NCBI GenBank assembly: GCA_965204535.1
Contig: CBDBEV010000001.1
Location: forward strand, 64,001 to 128,000
DNA: 64,000 bases
Origin: a bacterium
GTDB lineage: Bacteria > UBA8248
Reading direction: 5' to 3'
The notes below the pieces were generated by a model. It did not search any database. It was not told the DNA's origin and saw only the letters and a program-made list of their open reading frames with translations. Numbering within the stretch: position 1 is the stretch's first letter; each line of letters starts with the position of its first letter. Below, one piece after another: positions 28,033-37,642 of this stretch. The position numbers and the translations under genes were made by a program.

Positions 28033-29556
28033 CTAACACCCGTAGGCCTTGCCTTCCTGGGGCGTAAGACGTTTCCAGGCCATCGCAAGTTCCGCGAGAA
28101 TCCGCACGCCCACGCCGGTGCCGCCCTCGGGGCGGTAGGGTTCGGCTTTTCCGGTGTGCGAGGGCCCCGCGATGTCGAGGTGCACCCAGGGCGTCTCGTC
28201 GGCGAAGTGCTGCAAAAACGCCGCCGCTGTGTTCGCTCCCCCCCAGCGGGCGCCCGAGATGTTGCACATGTCGGCTATCTTGCCCTTCATCGACTCACCG
28301 TATTCCGGGAAGAGCGGCATGTGCCAGACGCGATCGCCGGTGCGCTCGCCGAGATCGCGCACCCGTTCCAGCAACTCATCGTGCGTTCCGTACATGCCGG
28401 TCACTTTCTGGCCGAGGGCCACCATGCACGCGCCCGTCAAGGTGGCCAGATCGATCATGCACTGGGGCTCGTATTTCTCGCGCGTGTAGTGGAGCGCGTC
28501 GGCGAGTACGAGCCGGCCCTCGGCGTCCGTGTTGTGGATTTCCACCGTCGTTCCCTTCATGGAGCGCACGATGTCGCCGGGGCGGGTGGCGTCGCCGTCC
28601 ACCATGTTCTCCACGAGACCCGCCACGCCCACCACGGGCACGCGGGGCTTCGAGCGCGCGACGGCGAGCATCGCGCCCAGCACGGCGGCGGCGCCGCTCA
28701 TGTCGGTCGTCATGAGCTCGAGACCGCCGCTCGGCTTGATGGAGATGCCGCCGGTATCGAACGTAACGCCCTTCCCGACGAAGGCGATGGGTTTCGTCCG
28801 CGCGCCCTGCGGCCTGTACTCCAGAATGACCATGCGCGCCGGTTCGCTGCTGCCCCGGCTTACGGAGAGAAGCGCGCCCATCTTCTGCCTCGCCATCTGT
28901 TTCTCGTCCAGCACGCGGCAGCGAAGGCCCTCGCGCCGCGCCATCGCGCGCGCCATATCGGCGAGTGCGGGCGGGCGTTTCTCGTTGCTGGGCGTGTTGA
29001 TGAGGTCGCGCGCGTAGTTCGTTCCCTCGCACAGAGCGCGCCCGTAGCGCACCCCGCGCCGCATCGCGCTCAGGTTCCTGCCGGCCCCGCCGCACAAAAC
29101 GACGCGCGAAACCTCGGCTTTCTCATCGTCATCCGCACTCTTGTATTTATCCATCCGGTAGAGGCCGAGCCCCACGCCCTCGACAATCGCCTGGGCCGCC
29201 CCGCGGGCATCAAGGTCATCGCCAACAACGGAAGAAGCCGAGATCGCAACGCTCTCAAGGCCCTCTGAGCGAGTGCGCTTGGCCGCCAGAGCGCTGGCGC
29301 AGCGAACCGATTCGGGCGTTATCTTCTCCCCCAGGCCTGCGAGAATCACGAAATCGGGCGCTCCGCCCCCCTCGGGAACCGGCAGAACGGAGACTTGCCC
29401 TTCCTTTCCCCCAAAAACCTTGCGCTCGAGCAAGGAGCCCAGGGCGCTGCCCAGAGATTTTTCGAGCCGCTCGTCTTTCTCATCTTTCGCCATGAGGCAA
29501 ACCAGGGCGTCCGTCCCCTGGTCGAAGCCGTCACCACCCACAACGGAGAACCGCAT
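28033..29556 (-). CDS. pepA: Leucyl aminopeptidase (M17)
   Basis: GKGVTFDTGG, DMSG, NTDAEGRL, DLATLTG and HLDIAG motifs. Confidence 0.95.
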   Translation of the reverse strand: MRFSVVGGDGFDQGTDALVCLMAKDEKDERLEKSLGSALGSLLERKVFGGKEGQVSVLPVPEGGGAPDFVILAGLGEKITPESVRCASALAAKRTRSEGLESVAISASSVVGDDLDARGAAQAIVEGVGLGLYRMDKYKSADDDEKAEVSRVVLCGGAGRNLSAMRRGVRYGRALCEGTNYARDLINTPSNEKRPPALADMARAMARREGLRCRVLDEKQMARQKMGALLSVSRGSSEPARMVILEYRPQGARTKPIAFVGKGVTFDTGGISIKPSGGLELMTTDMSGAAAVLGAMLAVARSKPRVPVVGVAGLVENMVDGDATRPGDIVRSMKGTTVEIHNTDAEGRLVLADALHYTREKYEPQCMIDLATLTGACMVALGQKVTGMYGTHDELLERVRDLGERTGDRVWHMPLFPEYGESMKGKIADMCNISGARWGGANTAAAFLQHFADETPWVHLDIAGPSHTGKAEPYRPEGGTGVGVRILAELAMAWKRLTPQEGKAYGC

Positions 29557-29804
29557 ATCCATCTCCTCTTCCGAATCACCACGTAAAGTAGAATGCGAGT
29601 AGGAAGAGTGTATCCTACAGAGGCGCGCACGGCCAGACAAAGCAGGGTCCCTGCCTCCTTTCACCCATGTGGCCGGGTGCGCGGATTGTCTTATTCCGTC
29701 TCCTGCCCCTAGAATGCCCGCGCATGCTTCACGAGGCCGAATACGTCAAGGCTTCGTGTTCAAAAACGAAATTTTTTCCGCCTCTCACGATGAAGGAATA
29801 CACC

Positions 29805-30242
29805 ATGAGTTTCTACAACTGGGACATGCTCCCCTTGAGCCACGACCGCCCCGGCGTCGCGCACAGGCGGATCTTCGGCGACAACATCCAGATGCAACAC
29901 CTGATCACCGAGCCGGGCGGCACGCCGTCCAAACTGCACAATCATCCCGATCACGAGGAGTTCTTCTACATCCAGGCGGGCGAGTGGGAGTTCACGCTCG
30001 AAGACGAGGTGCGGCGGATCGGGCCGGGCGACGTGGTGCACGTCAAGGCGGGCGCGATGCACACCCTGAAGTTGGTGAGCGATGAGCCGGGGATGGCGCT
30101 CGAGGTGTTCTACCCGATGTGGGACCCGGAACTCGCAGAAAACAAGGAGGATTTCACGATAGACGCCATCAAGAGCCGCATGGAGTTCGCCGAAGAACCC
30201 GACGAGATGAACCGTGGCCGCCCGCCCGGACACGGGGAATAA
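29805..30242 (+). CDS. Cupin domain protein
   Basis: LHNHPDHEEFFYI...GDVVHVKAGAMH; start trimmed to MSFYNW after an AAGGA RBS. Confidence 0.85.
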   Translation: MSFYNWDMLPLSHDRPGVAHRRIFGDNIQMQHLITEPGGTPSKLHNHPDHEEFFYIQAGEWEFTLEDEVRRIGPGDVVHVKAGAMHTLKLVSDEPGMALEVFYPMWDPELAENKEDFTIDAIKSRMEFAEEPDEMNRGRPPGHGE

Positions 30243-30304
30243 GAGGGAGAATCGCCTTAACCGGGAGACATTTTCCCGGATGGCGATTTTCCGAGCTTTG
30301 CAAC

Positions 30305-30344
30305 AAAAAAACAGGCGGCGCCCGTCGACGCCGCCTGCTGTTTT
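30305..30344. terminator. Intrinsic terminator (strong on minus strand, probably bidirectional)
   Basis: A7-CAGGCGGCG-loop-CGCCGCCTG followed by CTGTTTT. Confidence 0.8.
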
Positions 30345-30391
30345 CTTGAAAATCCCTCAATGTCCCGTTTCAGGTAACACCAAGGGGTTGT

Positions 30392-30487
30392 TTAGGGTTT
30401 CTTGAGAACCCTCTTTCTCGAATGAGCCGTTTTCAGGACCCTCCGGAGAGATGTGTCGTAGGCGGTTACTATCAAGTTTCTTACCAT
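30392..30487 (-). CDS. Putative 31-aa basic peptide MVRNLIVTAYDTSLRRVLKTAHSRKRVLKKP
   Basis: AGGAGG 6 nt before ATG, its own promoter and terminator; too short for the ORF track. Confidence 0.55.
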   Translation of the reverse strand: MVRNLIVTAYDTSLRRVLKTAHSRKRVLKKP

Positions 30488-30526
30488 GACAGCCCTCCTC
30501 TTGCTACTTGCGATTTGTACTCTAAA

Positions 30527-30555
30527 ATCGTAGCGAATGACGGTTTCCGTGTCAA
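30527..30555 (-). promoter_or_regulatory. Near-consensus sigma70 promoter
   Basis: TTGACA-17 nt-TACGAT. Confidence 0.7.
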
Positions 30556-30670
30556 GCATTTTTTGTTCTCACAAGCGCCGGAAAATCTCAAGTTCCATAT
30601 ATTTCAACACCTTATCATCAAAATTTTCCAGGCGCCCTTCTCCCTGACTATTCTGCCCTTCACTCTATCT

Positions 30671-31777
30671 CTACGCCTCGATGATGGCGGAGACCACGCC
30701 GCCGCCCACCGGCCCCTGGTGGAAAACGAGGCCAGCCGAGACGTAGACCGCCGGGTCCTGCACCACCGACGCGATGACGGCGTTCGCCACCGCGCGCACG
30801 GGCCGCGTGCCCAGAACCGAATCCGTGAGCAGCGTGACGCGCTTGCCCAGAAGCCTGCCGTCCCAGGGCGCGCCCGCCTTCGCGAATGCGTGCACCACTT
30901 TGTTCAAATCGCCCTGGCTTGGCAGGCCGTCGAAGGCGAGGCCTGCGTTTCTGAGCGCCTGACGGACGGCGTCTGCGTCGATCAGGTTCTGCATCACCGC
31001 CCGGCCGATCTTGTAGCGGCTCACGGATTGTGAGGAATTCGCCAACACGACGACTTCCGAGCGCATGAGTTCCACGCCCGCCGAGCAGGAGATCATCTCC
31101 GAATACAGGTCGCCCCGGCTGCAGACGTCGGTTATCTCGAACGAATCGCGGGGGATCTCCCCGATGCCCACCGCCGCACCCAGGGCCGAGCAGCCGTTCG
31201 ATAGGCTCATCGAGCGCGTGGTGTCCGTGCTCACCACCTTCTTGCCGCGCGAGGCCGCATCGTTGATGCGGTCCGACGTCAGGAGCGGGCACTTCACCTG
31301 CACGTAGCCCACGTCATCCAGCGAATCCACCCCCGCCTTCTCGAGCGCCTCCGCCGCCGCCTCGGCCACGATGTCCACCTGCGCCATCGTGCCCAACTCC
31401 TCGGGCAAAAGCTCACGGGTGAAGGCGACTCCCATGGAGAGGCGCTTCCCCCCAGGGCTTTCGGCGTCGCCCACGTCGGTCTTGGAAAACGCCACCGCGT
31501 GTGGACTCATGACCCCCTCGCATCCGCCCGACATCACCATGGCGCACATGCCCTGCACCTCGTCGCGGGAAAGATCGAGCTTCTCCATCATGTAGTCTTC
31601 GAAGGAATGGAGCGCGTAGGGCCTCGAATAGTCGTTCACCCGGCCGTTGCCCTCGGTCTTGGCGATGATGGCCTGAATGTCCGCCGCCTGAATCCGGCCC
31701 TCCGCCACCGCCGCCGCGAGACCCGAGACGTCCTCGGGTCCCGACATCTGAAACTTCACCACCTGGGTATCAAACAC
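30671..31777 (-). CDS. Ring-opening amidohydrolase (cyanuric acid hydrolase/barbiturase family)
   Basis: KTEGNG, MSGG, KCPLLT, SCSAGVE and HQGPVGGG motifs. Confidence 0.9.
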   Translation of the reverse strand: MFDTQVVKFQMSGPEDVSGLAAAVAEGRIQAADIQAIIAKTEGNGRVNDYSRPYALHSFEDYMMEKLDLSRDEVQGMCAMVMSGGCEGVMSPHAVAFSKTDVGDAESPGGKRLSMGVAFTRELLPEELGTMAQVDIVAEAAAEALEKAGVDSLDDVGYVQVKCPLLTSDRINDAASRGKKVVSTDTTRSMSLSNGCSALGAAVGIGEIPRDSFEITDVCSRGDLYSEMISCSAGVELMRSEVVVLANSSQSVSRYKIGRAVMQNLIDADAVRQALRNAGLAFDGLPSQGDLNKVVHAFAKAGAPWDGRLLGKRVTLLTDSVLGTRPVRAVANAVIASVVQDPAVYVSAGLVFHQGPVGGGVVSAIIEA

Positions 31778-31825
31778 GATTGGGCCTCCTCATTCGTCAA
31801 AAGCGCTCGATGCGCAAGCGCGGTG

Positions 31826-33229
31826 TTATGTTCCCGGAACCATCAGGCCCGCGCGCTCGACGATAGCCGCGGACGCCGCCTGCGCCCCCTCGCGAATCGC
31901 ACGCTCCTCATCTGCCGATATTCTGCTCAAACGCCCCGTCTCCATGAGCGGCTCGCCGTCCACCCAGACCCAGCGCACCTCCGTCCCGTGCGCCTGATAC
32001 GTGAGGATGGAAGGCAAATAGTGGTTCGGGAACATATGGGGACCGCTCATGTCGAGCAGAATCATGTCCGCCCGCTTGCCCACTTCGATGGAGCCTATCT
32101 CCGCTTCCAGGCCGAGCGCGCGCGCCCCGTTTCGAGTGGCCATGTCGAGCACCTCCTGCGCCGTGATGGCGGCGGGGTCCTGGTGCACCCCCTTGTGGAG
32201 CAGACAGGCGAGACGCATCTCCCAGAACATGTTGGCGAGATCATTGCAATTCGCATTGTCCGTACCCAAGGCCACGGGAATGCCGTAACCCAGCATCCGC
32301 GGCACGGGCGATATCCCGGAGCCGAGATACATGTTGCTCGAGGGCAGGTGCACGGCCTGCGTGCCGGATTCCTTGAGGAGCCTTATGTCTTCCTCGCTCA
32401 GGTGGATACAGTGGCCCGCCACCAGGCGCTCCGAGAGCAGGCCCCAGGCGGCGAGATGCTGCACCACGGGAAGGCCGCCCACTTCCGATTCCATGGGGTC
32501 TTCCGAGACGTGCGTGGAGACGCGAAGGCCGCGCGCTCCGGCCCATTCGTCCACCTCGCGGAAGGTCTCGGGCTTCACGTAGACGGGGATGTTCGGCCCC
32601 GGCCAGACGAGAACCCGGCCATTTGAGCGGCCGTGGTACTTATCCACCAGATGGGAAGTCTCCTCGAACACTTCATCCCTCGTCTTGAGGCTCGGCGGAA
32701 AGGTCTTTCCCCAGGCGGCGATGTGGGAGTGCGCCCGCTCGGCGAGCTTTCCCGAAGGGGACATCTCGTTGAAGCTCAAGGCGAAGACGCTCCGCATGCC
32801 GGAATCGTCCATGGCCTCTATCATCGCCTCGGCCAGCGGGACGGGGATGCGCTCGTTCGTCACCACCGCCGTGGTGCCCGAGCGAATCGCCTCGCACGCG
32901 AAGAGTTTTACGGAGAGCGCCGCATCCTCGGGCGTATAGGCCACCTGGCCGGGCGCCATGACGTTCAGGCGCCAGTCCATCAGCCGCCTGTCCGCACCCA
33001 GACCGCCCCGCAAAAGAATGCACATGATGTGGCTGTGGGCGTTCACCAGCCCCGGCATGAGCGCCATCCCCTCGCCGTCGATCACCTCTGCCGCGCCTGC
33101 GTTTATCCCGGATTCCGATATCGCGGCGACACGGCCATCCTCGACGAGCACCGACCCACGAGGGATGACCTCGCGCGCCTCGTTCTGCGTGAGGACGCAG
33201 GCGTTTTCGATCACGAAACGACCCGCCAT
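31826..33229 (-). CDS. Amidohydrolase, AtzA/TriA/MTA-SAH deaminase family
   Basis: NAHSH, HVSE, GHCIH, LGTD and GSIEVGKRAD motifs; start trimmed to MAGRFV. Confidence 0.9.
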   Translation of the reverse strand: MAGRFVIENACVLTQNEAREVIPRGSVLVEDGRVAAISESGINAGAAEVIDGEGMALMPGLVNAHSHIMCILLRGGLGADRRLMDWRLNVMAPGQVAYTPEDAALSVKLFACEAIRSGTTAVVTNERIPVPLAEAMIEAMDDSGMRSVFALSFNEMSPSGKLAERAHSHIAAWGKTFPPSLKTRDEVFEETSHLVDKYHGRSNGRVLVWPGPNIPVYVKPETFREVDEWAGARGLRVSTHVSEDPMESEVGGLPVVQHLAAWGLLSERLVAGHCIHLSEEDIRLLKESGTQAVHLPSSNMYLGSGISPVPRMLGYGIPVALGTDNANCNDLANMFWEMRLACLLHKGVHQDPAAITAQEVLDMATRNGARALGLEAEIGSIEVGKRADMILLDMSGPHMFPNHYLPSILTYQAHGTEVRWVWVDGEPLMETGRLSRISADEERAIREGAQAASAAIVERAGLMVPGT

Positions 33230-33373
33230 GGGGGAAACCTCCGCTTTGGTGTTTTCCTGAGAATACGACAATCGGGCGGATTTGAATATCCCCGCCGGAG
33301 CCGCACCTTGCCAGAGAGGGAAAAGAGCATTATTAGTGTGAGAAAGCACCCGACAATCCGAGGAGAGACACCG

Positions 33374-33769
33374 ATGTCCAAGATCAAGTTCCTGCAGCAC
33401 TTCAGCATTTATTGCCGGGATTTGCCGGCCATGCACAAGTTTTATAACGAAATCCTGGGACTGCCCGAAATGCCCCGGCCTCACTTCCCCTTCCCGGGCT
33501 ATTGGTACGAGGCGGGTGAGGACCACCAGATCCACCTCGCCAAAGTGAGCGACACGCACGTCAAGCATTCCATCAGCGACAACGAAGACAGCTATATGGA
33601 CCACCACTTCGGGATGGTGACCGAGGATCTGGCAGGTATGAAAGAACGGCTCAAGTCGCACGGCATCCCGTTCCACGACGAGCCTTACGGGTATCCCCAA
33701 ATCTTCTTTAGAGACCCGGAAAACAACCTGATCGAGGTCGCGTCCACGGCGATGTTCGACATGGAGTAA
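33374..33769 (+). CDS. VOC/glyoxalase family protein
   Basis: HFSIYC, FYNEILGL, QIHL and FFRDPENNLIEV motifs; GAGGAG RBS. Confidence 0.87.
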   Translation: MSKIKFLQHFSIYCRDLPAMHKFYNEILGLPEMPRPHFPFPGYWYEAGEDHQIHLAKVSDTHVKHSISDNEDSYMDHHFGMVTEDLAGMKERLKSHGIPFHDEPYGYPQIFFRDPENNLIEVASTAMFDME

Positions 33770-33905
33770 CGCGCGCGAGGCGCGGGGGTGGGTGCGCACT
33801 CCGCCGTGATCCCCTCATGCACGGGCGGTGAAGCTCATAAACACGGCATAGAAGCGCCATCGCCGGCGCATCCACGTTTTTCCGCTGATTTCTGGAGATA
33901 ACGCC

Positions 33906-34298
33906 ATGCCATTTCAAAAATTCCACACCACGCAGGTGACCGCCGGGGCGGGCAGCTATTCCCAGGGCCTCCTGGCGGGCAGGACGCTCTATCTCGCGGG
34001 TCAGACCGGAGAGGGACTCGACGGCACACCGCCCGCACTCGGCGACGCCGCCGCCCAGGCGCGTCAGGCGTGCGAGAACATCCGTCAGCTTCTTGCTGAG
34101 GCGGGCGGCGACCTCTCCCACGTCGTGAAGCTCACGAACTACATCACCGACAGGGCGTACCGAAAACCCGTATACGCGGTGATCGCGGAATACTTCGGCC
34201 CCCATGCGCCCGCAAGCACGGGCGTGATCGTGGACGGGCTGGCTTCCGAGGATTTTCTCGTCGAAATCGACGCCACGGCCTATCTGCCAGAGGCCTGA
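33906..34298 (+). CDS. RidA/YjgF family protein
   Basis: YSQG, LAGQ and LVEIDATA motifs; PAST where RidA has PAR. Confidence 0.87.
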   Translation: MPFQKFHTTQVTAGAGSYSQGLLAGRTLYLAGQTGEGLDGTPPALGDAAAQARQACENIRQLLAEAGGDLSHVVKLTNYITDRAYRKPVYAVIAEYFGPHAPASTGVIVDGLASEDFLVEIDATAYLPEA

Positions 34299-34406
34299 GG
34301 AAATAACGCGTATTGAGAAATGCGCCTCAACAAGGCAGAATAGGGACACATACAGACCGGTTCGCAAGCAGCCCGTGAGGCTGAGTCCTTTCAGAGGAGA
34401 GGGATC

Positions 34407-35993
34407 ATGACCGAATCTTACGATGGATTGTTCGTCGGCGGCGGACACAACAGCCTGGTATGCGCCGCCTATCTGGCGAAAGCCGGAAAAAAGGTAGCCG
34501 TTCTGGAACGCGCAAGTGTCGCCGGCGGGGGCTGCTCCACGCACGAAGTCACCCTACCGGGCTTCAAGCACAACCTGCACTCGAATTACTATGTGGGTCT
34601 GGAGAGAAGTCCCATCCTGCGCGATCTGGAACTCCACGAATACGGCTTCAGCCTCATCTTCCCGGAGTTTCAGCAAGGCTGCATCTTCAGCGACGGCACG
34701 GCGTTCGTCATCCACCGCGACGTGGAGAAGACCATCAAGTCGATCGAACGCATCAACCGCAACGACGCGAGAACCTACCGCGACCTCCACGTCAAGTTCA
34801 CCGAGGGGATGCTCGACATCATCACCTCCTTCATGTACTGCGCCCCCCTGCCGCCCGAGGAGTTGAAAGAGCGCTTCGCGGGGCCGCTGGGCCGTGAGTT
34901 CTTAAGCTACACGAACTTGAGCATGTACGAGGCGGTGGACCAGCATTTCGAGGACGAAAAGCTGCGCGTGCTCTTCAAGCTCTTCCTCGGCTCCTTCACC
35001 CTCGAGAACACGCCCACGACCGGCATTTTCTTCCCGCGTATCTTCTCGCGCATCGCGAGCTTCGCCCTGCCCGTGGGTGGGTCGGTGAACTTCACGCGCG
35101 CGCTCGAGCGCGTGGTCGAGCGAGGCGGCGGCAAGGTGTTCACGAATGCGGAGGTTCGCGAGATCACGGTGGAAAGCGGGGACGCCACCGGTGTCATCCT
35201 GGACGACGGCACACGCATCGATGCCACCGAGTTCGTGGCGAGCGGTGTGAACTGGCCGCTCACGGTGCGTCTGGCCGGGGAGGATTACTTCGGCGGCAAG
35301 CTCGCCAGAGCAGCTCTCGAGTATCAGTGGGCGAGCCACGGGCTGTGCACCATCCACCTGGCGCTCAAGGAAGCGCCCGATTTCAAGGCGGCGAAATTCG
35401 AGCCCGACGTCAACAAGACGTTCAACATCTTCTGGGGCGCGGACTCGACCAAAGAGATCGACGCGTGCTTCGAGACGATCCACGACGGCGAACTTCCCAA
35501 GCTCATGGGCAACGGCGGCAGCAACAGCCACTTCGACCCGACCTACTCGCCGGACGGCACGCACGTGGGCTACTGGTGGCCGTTTGCGCCCTTTGAACTC
35601 AAAGACGGCGGCGCCGAGGCTTGGGACGCGCGGCGCGAGGAGTACACCCAGCACTTCATCGACTCATGGACGCCTTACGCGCCCAACATCAACCAAGACA
35701 ACATCATGGGCAGCTATCTCTACACGCCGCTCGACATCGTGCGCATGAACCCGAACTTCGTCCGCGCGAGTCATCACGTGGGCGCCTACATCCCCGAGCA
35801 GTTGGGGCACAACCGCCCGCATCCGGACGTGAGCGACTTCCGCACGCCGATCGGGAAACTCTATCTCTGCGGTTCAAGCTCGCACGTGGGCGGCGCGGTG
35901 ACGGGAGCGCCCGGCTACAACTGCGCGAACGCGATCGCGGAGGATCTGGAAATCGACCGCTTCTGGGCGCCCGTGGAAACCATGATGGCCTGA
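34407..35993 (+). CDS. Phytoene-dehydrogenase-like FAD oxidoreductase
   Basis: VGGGHNSL, LER..AGG, TLPGF and RTPIGKLYLCGSSSH..GGAVTGAPGYNCA motifs. Confidence 0.88.
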   Translation: MTESYDGLFVGGGHNSLVCAAYLAKAGKKVAVLERASVAGGGCSTHEVTLPGFKHNLHSNYYVGLERSPILRDLELHEYGFSLIFPEFQQGCIFSDGTAFVIHRDVEKTIKSIERINRNDARTYRDLHVKFTEGMLDIITSFMYCAPLPPEELKERFAGPLGREFLSYTNLSMYEAVDQHFEDEKLRVLFKLFLGSFTLENTPTTGIFFPRIFSRIASFALPVGGSVNFTRALERVVERGGGKVFTNAEVREITVESGDATGVILDDGTRIDATEFVASGVNWPLTVRLAGEDYFGGKLARAALEYQWASHGLCTIHLALKEAPDFKAAKFEPDVNKTFNIFWGADSTKEIDACFETIHDGELPKLMGNGGSNSHFDPTYSPDGTHVGYWWPFAPFELKDGGAEAWDARREEYTQHFIDSWTPYAPNINQDNIMGSYLYTPLDIVRMNPNFVRASHHVGAYIPEQLGHNRPHPDVSDFRTPIGKLYLCGSSSHVGGAVTGAPGYNCANAIAEDLEIDRFWAPVETMMA

Positions 35994-36038
35994 AGATATT
36001 GATTTGATTCGCGTTTCACGAGGAAAGGATAAAATTTC

Positions 36039-36749
36039 ATGGAATTGATCGACCTCTCACAAACTGTGGCGGCGGGCGGATTCGAGCGTCCGTTTCATCC
36101 CAAGGTGGCCATTGAGCCGATGATGACGCACGAGGAGTCTTCCAAAAAATTTCTGGGGAAATTCTCCTTTGCGGCCATGAAGCTCACGCTGTCCGACCAC
36201 ACCGGAAGCCACGTCGACGCCCTGAACCACTACGTGCCCGGAGACGCGCCTTCCATCGACCAGTTGCCGCTGGAGCGTTTTTATTCGAGCGCGATTTGCG
36301 TGGATTTCTCGGACGTCGCGCCCAAGACCTACATCGAAACCGAACATATCGAGCGCGAACTGGGAAAACACGGGCTCGCCATCGAAGAAGGCGACGCCTT
36401 TTTGTACTACACGGGCCACTTCGAGAAGTCCTTCAAGGACCCGGATCCCGATGTATGGTGGAAGGAATTCGCGGGCCTGAGCCGGCCCGCCACCGAGTAT
36501 CTCGCCGATCGCGGGGTGCGTAACATCGGCTGTGAGGCGTTCACGATAGAAAACCCCACGCAGATGTTTCCCGAATCGGAAGAACCCTACCCCTCTCACC
36601 AGGTGTGCAAGGAGCGGGGTATGCTCAACACGGAGAATCTGGTGATTCCCAAACGCCTGGTGGGCAAGCGCTTCACCTTCCTGTGCCTGCCCATCAAGCT
36701 GAAAGACGCTACCGGCTCGCCCGTGCGCGCCGTAGCGGTGCTGGACTGA
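36039..36749 (+). CDS. Cyclase family metal hydrolase (kynurenine formamidase-like)
   Basis: IDLSQ, HTGSHVDA, ENL and GSPVRAVA motifs. Confidence 0.9.
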   Translation: MELIDLSQTVAAGGFERPFHPKVAIEPMMTHEESSKKFLGKFSFAAMKLTLSDHTGSHVDALNHYVPGDAPSIDQLPLERFYSSAICVDFSDVAPKTYIETEHIERELGKHGLAIEEGDAFLYYTGHFEKSFKDPDPDVWWKEFAGLSRPATEYLADRGVRNIGCEAFTIENPTQMFPESEEPYPSHQVCKERGMLNTENLVIPKRLVGKRFTFLCLPIKLKDATGSPVRAVAVLD

Positions 36750-36750
36750 A

Positions 36751-37641
36751 TTATAGGCCGAAGCCGAAGAGCGCGTTCGCGTTTCCGAAGGCGGCCTTTT
36801 CGATCTCCGCCTCGGCGATGCCGCCCCGACGCATGGCGCGAATCGCCCGGGGAATGCAGTAAAGATCGTTCGAGGTGTAGGGGATGAGGTCCGAGTTGAG
36901 CATCATGCGCTCTGCCCCGTGACGCCGAACCCACTCCACGACGGCGGCGGGAGGAATCGGACGAAGCCTGCTCCCGAGACTCGTCGCGCACCAGGCACCC
37001 GTCTGTTCGTGAACGAAATCCACTATCGTCGCATCCACGTGGTCGATGACGAGCAAGGAGTGGTCGAGACCTGCGGCGTCGATGACTTCCAGGTCCATCT
37101 TCAGGTAATGGAGCCTGAATTCCTCGGGCGAAATATCTCCCTGCGTATCCACGCCGCCCAGGAATTCTTGCGGGTTTTTATAGGTAGGCGTATGAAGAAT
37201 CAGGGGCTTTTTCAGTTCCGCCGCGAGGCACGCCTGCGCTTCGAGACACTTGGCCTGTTCTTCCAAATCCCAGGAAAAACCGAAATACTGGCCCGGATCG
37301 AGACCCACTTCGCCAAGGGCGGCAACCCTTTGGCTTTCCAGATAGCCGGGTAGCGCGTCGATGAGCCGCTCCCAATCGTCCACCCGCGTCATCGAACTGA
37401 CGCCCACGGCGCACATGGCGCGAATGTGGTGTTTGGCTTCGGCGGCCTCGGCCATCCGGAGAGGACTCTCCCAAAGCCTCCTCACGTCTTCCGGCCCGGG
37501 CGGGCGCTTCCATATCTCGCGGTGCACGTGGGGGTTCCCGCAGGAGAGGACGGAACCCACCATCCCGCACATGCCCTGGAGTTCCCAGTCGTCGAAACTG
37601 AATCCATGCAGGTGGTTGTGGCAGTCGATGAACCTGTCCAT
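36751..37641 (-). CDS. TatD-related metal-dependent hydrolase
   Basis: IDCHNH, LGEVGLD, ILHTP, VIDH and LNSD motifs. Confidence 0.82.
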   Translation of the reverse strand: MDRFIDCHNHLHGFSFDDWELQGMCGMVGSVLSCGNPHVHREIWKRPPGPEDVRRLWESPLRMAEAAEAKHHIRAMCAVGVSSMTRVDDWERLIDALPGYLESQRVAALGEVGLDPGQYFGFSWDLEEQAKCLEAQACLAAELKKPLILHTPTYKNPQEFLGGVDTQGDISPEEFRLHYLKMDLEVIDAAGLDHSLLVIDHVDATIVDFVHEQTGAWCATSLGSRLRPIPPAAVVEWVRRHGAERMMLNSDLIPYTSNDLYCIPRAIRAMRRGGIAEAEIEKAAFGNANALFGFGL

Positions 37642-37642
37642 T

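Noticed and set aside
31826-33799. Track's long N-terminal extensions (657-aa amidohydrolase, 378-aa VOC; likewise pepA, glcD and the multicopper oxidase)
   Set aside because: They overlap divergent genes or lack RBS support; starts were trimmed to where the family motifs begin.
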